Part shown: in pieces, positions 1-9,256 of the stretch
Layout of the letters: each line of letters starts with the position of its first letter
Position numbering within the stretch: the first letter of the stretch is position 1
Virus record (IMG/VR): IMGVR_UViG_3300046167_000525
Strand: one strand, 5' to 3'
Source of the DNA: an uncultured virus (IMG/VR IMGVR_UViG_3300046167_000525)
Lineage: Duplodnaviria; Heunggongvirae; Uroviricota; Caudoviricetes; Crassvirales
DNA: 64,000 bases
Program-made: the position numbers and the translations under genes
Notes under the pieces: model-generated
Seen by the model: only the letters and a program-made list of their open reading frames with translations
Database searches by the model: none
Told to the model about the DNA's origin: nothing

Positions 1-1292
1 TCCTCGGTTAAAGATTTTCCTCCTCCACCAAAGTTACTAAATTGTTTAGGTATAAATATAGGTTGTGTAAAAGGAGCCATTAAAGAATGTTCATTATCTT
101 CAAACTTAAACCTGTAACTAAATCTAACAAATTTATCTTCTAAGAATTTAGAATTAGAGTCTTGTTGAGACCACAAAGGATCGTAGTCTTTATTAACACC
201 TAGCTTAATAAAAGCAGATGCGGGTATCGGTAAATTTATAGGCGCATTAGATAATGTAATTTCCCAATTTAAAGTTTCGCCTACAAAACTTGCTGCTGTA
301 GTTGCACTTGTTATAGAGGTATTATTTGGTAGATAATTAACTGCACCAGCTACATCAGTTATCACGACTAAATCACCTAATTTAGGTATAACAGATGCTT
401 CTCCGTTTAAAGCCGGTAAAGTTACTTGATAAATAGTAGCAACACCGGTGCCTGATGTAGTAAAAGATTGTATCTTAATACCGTTAGAATTATATTCGTT
501 TGTTTTGTTAGTAGCTGTTGACCTTGTTATAGATAATTTTTCACCAAGACTAACAGTCACTGACTTTGATAAAGTTATTGTATTAGCTACTCCTCCTGGA
601 TTTACCGATACAACGTATACTCTATTGTCCCATCCACTAGGCACTGTTATTGTTTCTAATGGAAACACTGCATCACCTGGATTTATACCAGTAGAGTCAC
701 TTACGCTTATAGTACTAGATGTTACTGCAGATGACGCTGTAACAACAATTCTATCTATAGTTATAATAGGCTCACAAGGAGCATACTTAGCTACGGATAT
801 TTGATCTTCCTTTGTATAATGATTAGTGTTTTTAGCTAGCGTTACGTTTATTTTACGAGGTTGGTTTAAGTTATCTGTGAAAAATAAAAGATCTTCCACT
901 AAGTTAACTCCAATTACTGGAAACGACTGATTGAAATTTAAAAAAGCCCCGCTTACTAGTGTTTCTTTGTTATAATTACCAGATAAAGATAACTCGTATA
1001 TATAATTATTTGAAGAACTGTTATATGCTCCACTTGCATCATTGTGATCAGTTGCGAAAATAAATACCCTATTGTTAGATTCGTCTACATAAAAACCTAT
1101 TATAATAGCTGAATTTTCTGTTTGTGATATTGATTTATTACCTAAAATATTTTCAAATTCACCAACGGTAGAACCCTCTGATCTGCTTAAGCAAAGGTTA
1201 ATAGCTTCTCTATATTCACCGTTAGGTAATATACGAGAGTCAAGATCTTGATTCATCTTGCCTTTAAGAAATGTATTTTTAATTTCAGCCAT
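1..1292 (-). CDS. Tail/stabilisation (tubular B/nozzle-like) protein, N-terminal part; runs off the window start
   Basis: ATG at 1292 reads MAEIKNTFLKGKMNQDLDSRILPNGEYREAINL, an N-terminus typical of Bacteroidota podophage tail proteins; missed by the ORF track because it is truncated. Confidence 0.7.
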   Translation of the reverse strand, partial: MAEIKNTFLKGKMNQDLDSRILPNGEYREAINLCLSRSEGSTVGEFENILGNKSISQTENSAIIIGFYVDESNNRVFIFATDHNDASGAYNSSSNNYIYELSLSGNYNKETLVSGAFLNFNQSFPVIGVNLVEDLLFFTDNLNQPRKINVTLAKNTNHYTKEDQISVAKYAPCEPIITIDRIVVTASSAVTSSTISVSDSTGINPGDAVFPLETITVPSGWDNRVYVVSVNPGGVANTITLSKSVTVSLGEKLSITRSTATNKTNEYNSNGIKIQSFTTSGTGVATIYQVTLPALNGEASVIPKLGDLVVITDVAGAVNYLPNNTSITSATTAASFVGETLNWEITLSNAPINLPIPASAFIKLGVNKDYDPLWSQQDSNSKFLEDKFVRFSYRFKFEDNEHSLMAPFTQPIFIPKQFSNFGGGGKSLTE

Positions 1293-1298
1293 TTAATT

Positions 1299-2501
1299 CT
1301 AGTGTTTTATCCATTTAGATTTACCTCTCATTACTTGAACTATTTCATCAAGTTTTATATTTGATAATCTTAATTTAGCATTTCTTAATTTAGCGCTTCT
1401 CTCTTGCTTTAATCTTCTAACTATATATTCAGGTTGGTTTATTCTAGAAGCTACGATAGCGTGGCTTATATGAGCATATAGAGCCTCTTCCGCTAACTTA
1501 GGAACTTGAGTGTCCATATCGTAAGCTAATCCGTCAGATATATACTCTAAAACTATAAGTGCACCAGCTAAATTACTTGAGAAAGACATCTTGCCTTCTC
1601 TGTGGTTTATAGTAAACCATCCGTTTACTTGAGCATACTGAGGATCTAATCCGTAGTTTTGACCTAAAAGCTGTTCATCCCATCCCCAATTGTCATATCC
1701 TTCGTTATATAAATCTTCTACATTATCTTGATTTATCAAAGTATCATCTGCTGTTCGCCATCTTTCTTCTGTTATCGATGTTCCCTCAACGTTGTTGCCA
1801 AAGTTATCTTGCGTTGGTACACCTTTAGAATCTTGTATAGGATTTTCAAATGGGTTTGTAGTTAAATTGTTTGCAGGGTATATAGGTCTTTTAACACCTA
1901 ATTGATCTATCCAAGATACCTTAGTATAGTTTACATAATCCTGTGGTATCACAACACTTAATTCAGGGGGTATATTTAATTCTTGTGATTTGATACTTTT
2001 TAATGTATCATAGCTAAATTCCTGCATTCCACGTTTAGCGTGGAATATTATATCAGTTCTTTTACAACTAGGTATTAATTTACCTGTTCCGACATAAGCT
2101 ATTTGAAAGTTATTTATTACATCCTCTAAAGATATGTAACTGTAACTACCGTAATTTTCTTCAACAGTATTACCATAAGCATCTCTGTTTCCGTATTCAC
2201 CACCGCTTAATATTTTTAATTGAACAACAATACTTGTATTAGCTGCTAAATTACCTGTAAATGTTATTGTATTACCTGAAACAGTGTAAGCTGAAGTGTA
2301 TTCTGTATATGTTAAAACACCGGCGTTTGCGGTGTATAACTTAAAGTTGTTTAAAGCATAGGTTGGCTGAAGAGGATCATAACTACCTAATACTAGTTCA
2401 GTATCAAATGTAGTTGTGAAGGCTTGTCCAGCACCAGCTGCAGATAAGAACTTTTGTACACCTGCGTAATATTGCTGATTATTTTCTGTAATTAAGCCCA
2501 T
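1299..2501 (-). CDS. Virion structural protein (tail/adaptor region)
   Basis: 400-aa ORF between the capsid-associated genes and the tail gene. Confidence 0.55.
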   Translation of the reverse strand: MGLITENNQQYYAGVQKFLSAAGAGQAFTTTFDTELVLGSYDPLQPTYALNNFKLYTANAGVLTYTEYTSAYTVSGNTITFTGNLAANTSIVVQLKILSGGEYGNRDAYGNTVEENYGSYSYISLEDVINNFQIAYVGTGKLIPSCKRTDIIFHAKRGMQEFSYDTLKSIKSQELNIPPELSVVIPQDYVNYTKVSWIDQLGVKRPIYPANNLTTNPFENPIQDSKGVPTQDNFGNNVEGTSITEERWRTADDTLINQDNVEDLYNEGYDNWGWDEQLLGQNYGLDPQYAQVNGWFTINHREGKMSFSSNLAGALIVLEYISDGLAYDMDTQVPKLAEEALYAHISHAIVASRINQPEYIVRRLKQERSAKLRNAKLRLSNIKLDEIVQVMRGKSKWIKH

Positions 2502-2507
2502 GTATTA

Positions 2508-3203
2508 TTAAGATTTTTCGTTTATGTCTTCTTGTTGTATTTTTTGAGCTGCTACTTGTATTATAGTAGGATCTTGTATTATAACACCTGAGTATAATAA
2601 TATACCTGTAACAACATCGACTTGCTCAGATGGATGTAGTTCAAAGTTTACTGAAGAACTAGCGTCGTAGATATATTGCCCCAAGCTACCAACTGAATAT
2701 CCCCAATTTATCATTGCAGGTTGTTTCAAGTAAGATACTTGAATATCAGATGTTATACTTGTTGGGTATACACTTATCTTGGTGTCTTCGTATAAAAATA
2801 CAGGTTGTTTTTTAGTTGGTGCAAGTAATGGCGCTTTTTTTATTTTGTACCATTCGTTTCTTTCCACCATTTGAGCTTCAATAGTATCGTTATAAATTAC
2901 AGTACCTAGCCTATAAAAGTTTGGCAATGAAGCGGTTGTGAAGTGATCTGTTGTAAATGTGGGTGTAGCTATTGTTTTAAATATATCTAGTTTTTCTTCT
3001 AGGTTTTTAACTCTGTTAGCATACTCGTTGTCATTTTCAGGTATACGTAACTGTTGATTCAGATCACTCATATATTTTTCAAATATACCTTGCTGAACTT
3101 GATTACCTACTTTATTAAACTCGTCTGGAGTTATATAACCTCTTTGCTGTTGGTTAAGTATTAATAAGACAGTTTTATAAACTAAATCTACATTTATAGC
3201 CAT
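2508..3203 (-). CDS. Putative head-tail adaptor/ring protein
   Basis: 231 aa; position downstream of the major capsid gene. Confidence 0.5.
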   Translation of the reverse strand: MAINVDLVYKTVLLILNQQQRGYITPDEFNKVGNQVQQGIFEKYMSDLNQQLRIPENDNEYANRVKNLEEKLDIFKTIATPTFTTDHFTTASLPNFYRLGTVIYNDTIEAQMVERNEWYKIKKAPLLAPTKKQPVFLYEDTKISVYPTSITSDIQVSYLKQPAMINWGYSVGSLGQYIYDASSSVNFELHPSEQVDVVTGILLYSGVIIQDPTIIQVAAQKIQQEDINEKS

Positions 3204-3225
3204 TATTTATTTTTTTATTATAATA

Positions 3226-3253
3226 CCAGCCAGCCACGTTAAGTGACCAGCTA
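3226..3253 (-). terminator. Intergenic hairpin
   Basis: Minus strand AGCTGGTCAC-TTAAC-GTGGCTGGCT (with G-U pairs). Confidence 0.4.
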
Positions 3254-3269
3254 ATATTAATATTACATG

Positions 3270-4112
3270 TTATTCCAAGTTTTTCTCTACTGACCTGTAA
3301 ACTTCTACACCTTCGTCGGTTTTAAAGTAAGCTGCCATTGCAGAGTAGGGATTTTCATCAAAAGGTACAGTCATTAACTTTCTACCGTTTGATCCCCAAG
3401 TAAATGTTCTTTGATCTTGTGACAATTTAATGATACCCATTTCGGAAGCTTTTATAGCTATGTTTCTTAATTGTACATTATCGTCATTTGCTAATTCCAT
3501 AAATAAATCTGGTTGTCTTTTAGCAAACAATAATAGATCTCTCTTTAGTTCTTTAGTTGTCATGGTTGAAACTTTAGACCCTAACTCAACGCGAAGTATT
3601 GCTTCAGCATCATCAACATCCATAGTTCTCGCAGCCATCATTGCATCTATTTGAACTTCTAAATCTTCTAATTCATCTTCGGCTATAGCTACTGGATTAT
3701 GCTCGTAGTATTTATTACCTAATAATGGATGATATAAAGATAGTAATTTTTGTAAGTTTTGTTGTTCCTTTTTAACATATAAAACGCCGTCTTTAAACAT
3801 TATATGCCCTAATGTTGCTTGACCGTTTTGTTCATCTATAAAAGGAGAGTTTTGATTGGTTGCATACCTAATCTCTCTTTGAATACCTTTTTCTTTATCA
3901 AAATATAACAAAGGATGTCTTGATGTATGTTTTGATGAAATTGTAAGAGTTAAAGGCGCTTGACCTATAACTATATACATTCTATCTTTTATTTCCCAAC
4001 TTGGTTTTGCTGGTTCTTGTTTTTTTGGAGCAGTCATTACTTCTTGCTCTTGTACTATTTCTTTATTTGCTACAGGCTTTTTAGCTGTAGGCTTTTTTGC
4101 ATTTGCTGCCAT
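3270..4112 (-). CDS. Hypothetical phage protein downstream of the major capsid gene
   Basis: 280-aa ORF, co-directional with the structural operon. Confidence 0.6.
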   Translation of the reverse strand: MAANAKKPTAKKPVANKEIVQEQEVMTAPKKQEPAKPSWEIKDRMYIVIGQAPLTLTISSKHTSRHPLLYFDKEKGIQREIRYATNQNSPFIDEQNGQATLGHIMFKDGVLYVKKEQQNLQKLLSLYHPLLGNKYYEHNPVAIAEDELEDLEVQIDAMMAARTMDVDDAEAILRVELGSKVSTMTTKELKRDLLLFAKRQPDLFMELANDDNVQLRNIAIKASEMGIIKLSQDQRTFTWGSNGRKLMTVPFDENPYSAMAAYFKTDEGVEVYRSVEKNLE

Positions 4113-4141
4113 AATATAATATAATAAAATTTTTAATAAGA

Positions 4142-4182
4142 GTAATAATTACCCCTGTCAGTTCAACAAGGGTAACTACTAC
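4142..4182 (-). terminator. Rho-independent terminator-like hairpin after the major capsid gene
   Basis: Minus strand GTAGTAGTTACCCTTGTT-GAACT-GACAGGGGTAATTATTAC followed by TCTTATT. Confidence 0.7.
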
Positions 4183-4198
4183 ATTAATTTAATCGGTA

Positions 4199-5677
4199 CT
4201 AGTCTGTGAATAACACAAAGTTGTTAGCCGCTTGAGTCACTAAACATCTTTCAGATAAGAAGTGAACCTCCATAGCATCTAAATCAGAAGTAGCAGCGCC
4301 ACCTACAGATCCAGTGATCCAGTTTTTCATTCTTCTATCATCAGCTTGAGAAGCTCTATATCTTACGTGTAAGAAAGGTCTTCTGATGTTAGTTCCTAAT
4401 ATTTGATCGTAAACTGTAGAAGTTCCAGCAGGTACTAATACTCCTTCGATTCCAGCATCAGCAACACCTCCACGAGTAGAAGCATCGTTTAAGTATTTCC
4501 AGTCAGTCTTGTAGAAGTCATAAGAACCTCTTCTGAATCCAGAGAAACCTAAGTTCAATGCCATTTCTTCAGAATTTTCGAATACACCAAAAGAACTACC
4601 ACCGTTGTAAGCAGCTGTTCCAGCTTGTTGTCCAACTCCAGCTAACATATCATCAAAGTCTAGAGAAGTTTCTCTATTTAAGAATAACATGTTCTCTTCG
4701 ATAGCTCCTTGAGTATCTAAGTTTTTAAGAATTGAATCAAACTGAGCTAAACCAGTTGCTGCAGTAAAGTCTACTAATACATTTCCACGGCTTTTAACAG
4801 CAGCAAAAAGACCTTCAGTACCTTTAGCAGTTGTAGTTGAACTTCCAGATTTTAATTCACCTTCTACCATAGACATTTCTAGGTAGTCTTCAAAACGTAA
4901 TCTTGTTTCAGATTCAGCTTTTAAGTACCATAAGAAACCTCCCTGACCAGACTCAGTAGCTACTTCAACCCATCCAATCTGAGCAGTGTCAGATCCGTTG
5001 ATAGCATACTTGTCTTTAATGATAATAGGAGAGTTAGAGTATTGAGTGAAAGAAGGCGTTACAGAAATTCTGTTAGCATCTCCAGTTCCTTTTCCGTACT
5101 CAGATCCGTATACAAAGATTTTAAGGTTTGGTCCACCAGTTACTAAATCTACTTCAGCAGCTCCAGCTCCAGTTCCATCTAAAGCTTCTTGTGAATAAGG
5201 AGCAACAGTTAATACACCAGCACCTAATGCACTTCCAGGAGTAGCTCCAGAGGCAACAACGTAACAGTTTAATTCTGCTCCAGTTGCTGGATTCATTACT
5301 ACGATTGTAGAACCAGGAGATACAACATTCTCAATAAGAGTTGCACCAGCTCCACCAACAGGAATAGTTAAGGTAGATACTTTAGCTCCAACAGCTCCAG
5401 CTGCAGTTGCTATTACATTCTCATAAGAAATGTGTAATCTATTTTGCTCAGACCATACTACTTGATCAGAAGTCATTGGCATTTCAGCTCCTACCATTCT
5501 TAAGAAACCACCTAAGGTTCTGTTTCCATAACGCTCTACTTCAGCTTCATAGATTTCTGGTAAGTACTGCTGTGCGAAATCATTCGTACCATCAGTAAAG
5601 TTTAAATAATTGCCTTCTAAGGCTTGCTTTTTTTGCGTTGGGATTAAACTTCCAAACGCTGGGCTTACATTTGCCAT
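4199..5677 (-). CDS. Major capsid protein
   Basis: 492 aa; follows portal and scaffold; strongly biased codon usage; followed by a terminator. Confidence 0.8.
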   Translation of the reverse strand: MANVSPAFGSLIPTQKKQALEGNYLNFTDGTNDFAQQYLPEIYEAEVERYGNRTLGGFLRMVGAEMPMTSDQVVWSEQNRLHISYENVIATAAGAVGAKVSTLTIPVGGAGATLIENVVSPGSTIVVMNPATGAELNCYVVASGATPGSALGAGVLTVAPYSQEALDGTGAGAAEVDLVTGGPNLKIFVYGSEYGKGTGDANRISVTPSFTQYSNSPIIIKDKYAINGSDTAQIGWVEVATESGQGGFLWYLKAESETRLRFEDYLEMSMVEGELKSGSSTTTAKGTEGLFAAVKSRGNVLVDFTAATGLAQFDSILKNLDTQGAIEENMLFLNRETSLDFDDMLAGVGQQAGTAAYNGGSSFGVFENSEEMALNLGFSGFRRGSYDFYKTDWKYLNDASTRGGVADAGIEGVLVPAGTSTVYDQILGTNIRRPFLHVRYRASQADDRRMKNWITGSVGGAATSDLDAMEVHFLSERCLVTQAANNFVLFTD

Positions 5678-5692
5678 AATTTTTTAATTTTT

Positions 5693-6820
5693 TTAGTTAA
5701 ATTTTTTTGTTTTAATTCTAAGTTTAGAAGAATCATAACCGCTTATTGACTTAACTTTTATTCCGTTCACGAACTCACTAGAACTAGTTTGCCTTGGCTC
5801 TGTACTTGGATTTTTAGAATTGCTAACTATTTCTTTAGTAGCATCTGTTCTTCCTTGTTCATAAAAATGATTAATAATCTTGTCAGCATTTGAAGCGATG
5901 TAAATAGCCTTGTGATAACCTTTCGTATCTTTTATATTACCGCTTTCGTCAAGAAACTTTCCTACGAAATTGTTAATACTTGATTGGCTCTCTGCAACTT
6001 TACCGGGATCTTGTAAACCATATCTAAACTTCTTTTTACCTACATTGAAGTCAAAACCTTTGAATTCATTAGTAAAGTAATCATTTGTTTTTGATTTAAA
6101 GTCCGAGTGCTGTTGCTCAGCTATTCTCTGATCTTCTTGATATCGGTTGAAAAACTCTGTTGCTTTTTGTTGTTCCTGAGTAACGCCGGGTCTCAACTTG
6201 ATTTCGTCGTAATACTTACTCTTGGTTTTTTCCAAAAAGCTTTTAGCTTTTCCAACTTCTTCTTTAAACGCAATTTTCTTTTTGCGTATATCTTTTTCCT
6301 CATCTATGTCTTCATCATAATCGTAGTCTTCTAATAGTAGGCTAACGTCATCTGATTCTAGATAAGGTTTTGTTTGTTTGTAATATTCTTTTAATAGTGT
6401 TTTATCATCAACACTTGAGTAGTCTGCGTTTAATCTAACGTAGTCTTCCACTGATCCACCTGTCTCTTCCATAAAAGTAACAAGCTTATCTATGTTTTCC
6501 GGTAGCACTCTTTGTTCAGCTACTGGCTGAGGTTGTTGTTCAATAACTTTTTCAGGCTCTTGAGTAGGCTCTTCATTTACAATTTCTATAATACCATCTT
6601 GTACGGTATCGTCCGGTGTATCGTTAACGACTACGACAGGTTCCTCAACTACGTCTTCTTTGACCTCTGGTATTACTACCTTAGCAACTTCTTCAGCTAC
6701 TGGTTCTTTTACTTCATCTATGTTAACCTTTATAGGCTCGTTAGATTGATTGCCTAATTGCTTAGGACTTGTTTTCTTGGATTTGATTTTAAAATCCCCT
6801 TCTTGTTTTACTTCTGACAT
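5693..6820 (-). CDS. Putative scaffolding protein
   Basis: Acidic low-complexity N-terminus and coiled-coil C-terminus; lies between portal and capsid genes. Confidence 0.6.
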   Translation of the reverse strand: MSEVKQEGDFKIKSKKTSPKQLGNQSNEPIKVNIDEVKEPVAEEVAKVVIPEVKEDVVEEPVVVVNDTPDDTVQDGIIEIVNEEPTQEPEKVIEQQPQPVAEQRVLPENIDKLVTFMEETGGSVEDYVRLNADYSSVDDKTLLKEYYKQTKPYLESDDVSLLLEDYDYDEDIDEEKDIRKKKIAFKEEVGKAKSFLEKTKSKYYDEIKLRPGVTQEQQKATEFFNRYQEDQRIAEQQHSDFKSKTNDYFTNEFKGFDFNVGKKKFRYGLQDPGKVAESQSSINNFVGKFLDESGNIKDTKGYHKAIYIASNADKIINHFYEQGRTDATKEIVSNSKNPSTEPRQTSSSEFVNGIKVKSISGYDSSKLRIKTKKFN

Positions 6821-6847
6821 AATATAATATAATTAAATAATTGTTTA

Positions 6848-9256
6848 TTAGCTAGGACCGAACTCTTCTATTCCGAATCCACCTAGCACATCGTTTCCTG
6901 ATGATTCAAAGTTTTTAGGTAATCCCTCTGTTTGCCTTTGTTGTATTAACTCAGACTGCTGGGATCCCTGCATCTTTATTCTTTTATCTTTTCTATCTTC
7001 AATTTCTTTTTCTTTATTCCCTTCTGCATTTGCCCTTACTTGGGCTAGCTGCATATTGAAATTAAACTCTTCAGCCATTAACTCTCTTTTTATTTGAGCT
7101 TCAGTTTGCATTCTTTGTATTTCAAACTGTGACTTAGCTTGTTCTATACTTACCTTCTCTTGAGTAAGTGCTTGTTGTTTTTGCACCTCAGCCATTGCAG
7201 CTTTTTCAGATGCTTCAGCATTTGCTTGCGCTTGTGCTTGAATGTTAGCTTGTTGTTGTTCTTGCTCTCTTTTTATTTTTTGTTTTTGTCTAAGCTTCAA
7301 GAATTGATTGGCTAACTTTATATTTTTTATTTGTCTAATATCAATTGCATCAGACAAAGCTATTGCTTGTGTTTGTAAAGCTACTTGTATGTTTTGCTCT
7401 AACAAAGCTTTTTCTTCTTCTTCTGGTTCAAGTTCTAAATAAATACCAAAGTCATGCAGCTGTAAATTCATTAACTCTTCAAGAGTTTTTGTATTAAATG
7501 TACTTATAGCGTTTGTTAAAGCGTTTTCCGTTAAAGGATTTTCAATAACGTCGGCTACTTTTAAACTTATATTTTCGCAAGTTCTAACAGTTAAGTAAAG
7601 TAAAGAATCTAATACGTGTTTAGTTGCAATATTAGAAGCGTTAGCCGCCATTTTCTGTAAACCTACCAATGAATCTTTACTTGGAGCACTACCGTCTCTA
7701 GCTTCATTTAATCCGGTAACATCTCTTATCATTTGTAAGTAATACTGGTATGTACCAATTAAACTTTGTATTTTTGCTTGACCACTTGAAGATGATAATT
7801 CTTGCACAGGTACTTTACCTCTATTCAATTCACCGTCTTGCGTAAGTGATCTACCTACAACAGAACCTGTTTGGAAGTACATGTTTAATGCTTCAGCTGG
7901 ATTGTATGTTGTACCGTTACCTAAATCAACTTCAGCTAACCCATCCATATCTAAGAACACACCGTCTGGTACTATTCTAGACATTACTTGTTGTAATTTA
8001 AGATGCGTTATTTGAATCATATCAGCAAAGCTAGTGATCTTACTAACTATAGATTCTATGCGTCCTTTGTACATTCTAGGTGCCGATATACAGTAATTCA
8101 TCATTACTTTTGTAGTATCAGCTGTAGGTCTTGTCATATTCTCTGCTAGCTTCCAGTCTAACATAATATTTGTACCCAATACTTTTGCACCTGAATACAA
8201 CACCTCTATTGTTCTAGATATTCTTTCAAAGTTATCATTAGCTGGAGGATTAAATGTGTCAGGTTTTTCTAACGTCTTTTCTAATCCTTGATCTGTTTTC
8301 TTTATTTTAAATACCTGATCTGAATATGTTTTGTATTCAAAGTATAAAACTTGAATTGTATTAGCATCGTAGTTACCCCAGTTAGTTACATACTGAGAAT
8401 TACCAGGCATATCCTGTATCTTTTCTAATTCTGATGCTGATAATGACGGGAATTGTTTTTTAAGTTCCGCTAATGATATAGATTTTACTTCACCCACATA
8501 ATATATGTCTTCAAAGTTTGGATCTTCTGTATATGAGTATATCATATTAGCAGGGTCAACATAATCAGTAACTATACCTTCAGCCTTGTTAAATGATGTT
8601 TTAACAGCTCCAATACCTATAGTAGTTAAATCATGAGCTAATCGTTTTTTTGTTTGCTCATATTTATTAAAAGCTAATACATTATTTATAACTTCTTCTT
8701 CCGCAATCTCTACGTTTTGCTTAGGAGTCATTTGTAAATGTATATCTAATTCTTCTCTGTTTTCAGGTAAGCTTTCTAAATCTCCTGTTGTTGAAAAGTC
8801 CATACCTAAGTTTTGCTTTATATTTAACAAAGCTTTTTTGGTATTCATATCTTTTTCAACAGCTGCTGCATAATCCGTTCTGCTTTTTACAGAAAATGGA
8901 TCTTGAGCAAACGCATTTATATCATACGATTTATTTGACATACCGTTTACAACAATATCAACAAATTTTGATATAACTGGTATTGGCTTCCAGTCTAAAT
9001 TAAGATAAGATAAATCGCCATTTATAGACAACTCATCTTTGTACTTTTGTATCGATTGCTCTCCTCTTGCGTATAACCGTAATGAATGAAAGCTATTCCA
9101 ATTGTTTAAGTATCTATTACCATTACCTCTTCCTTGATTGAACCATTCCTGTTCAATAGCTCTAGAGACTTGTAAGCCGTAATCGTAGCTGGCTTTTACT
9201 TCGTCGCTAACAACCTGGTTAGGGAAAGAACTATCGGTATTTGTTTGTATTTTCAT
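6848..9256 (-). CDS. Portal protein
   Basis: 802 aa, directly after terminase; Q/A-rich coiled-coil C-terminus as in podovirus portals. Confidence 0.8.
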   Translation of the reverse strand: MKIQTNTDSSFPNQVVSDEVKASYDYGLQVSRAIEQEWFNQGRGNGNRYLNNWNSFHSLRLYARGEQSIQKYKDELSINGDLSYLNLDWKPIPVISKFVDIVVNGMSNKSYDINAFAQDPFSVKSRTDYAAAVEKDMNTKKALLNIKQNLGMDFSTTGDLESLPENREELDIHLQMTPKQNVEIAEEEVINNVLAFNKYEQTKKRLAHDLTTIGIGAVKTSFNKAEGIVTDYVDPANMIYSYTEDPNFEDIYYVGEVKSISLAELKKQFPSLSASELEKIQDMPGNSQYVTNWGNYDANTIQVLYFEYKTYSDQVFKIKKTDQGLEKTLEKPDTFNPPANDNFERISRTIEVLYSGAKVLGTNIMLDWKLAENMTRPTADTTKVMMNYCISAPRMYKGRIESIVSKITSFADMIQITHLKLQQVMSRIVPDGVFLDMDGLAEVDLGNGTTYNPAEALNMYFQTGSVVGRSLTQDGELNRGKVPVQELSSSSGQAKIQSLIGTYQYYLQMIRDVTGLNEARDGSAPSKDSLVGLQKMAANASNIATKHVLDSLLYLTVRTCENISLKVADVIENPLTENALTNAISTFNTKTLEELMNLQLHDFGIYLELEPEEEEKALLEQNIQVALQTQAIALSDAIDIRQIKNIKLANQFLKLRQKQKIKREQEQQQANIQAQAQANAEASEKAAMAEVQKQQALTQEKVSIEQAKSQFEIQRMQTEAQIKRELMAEEFNFNMQLAQVRANAEGNKEKEIEDRKDKRIKMQGSQQSELIQQRQTEGLPKNFESSGNDVLGGFGIEEFGPS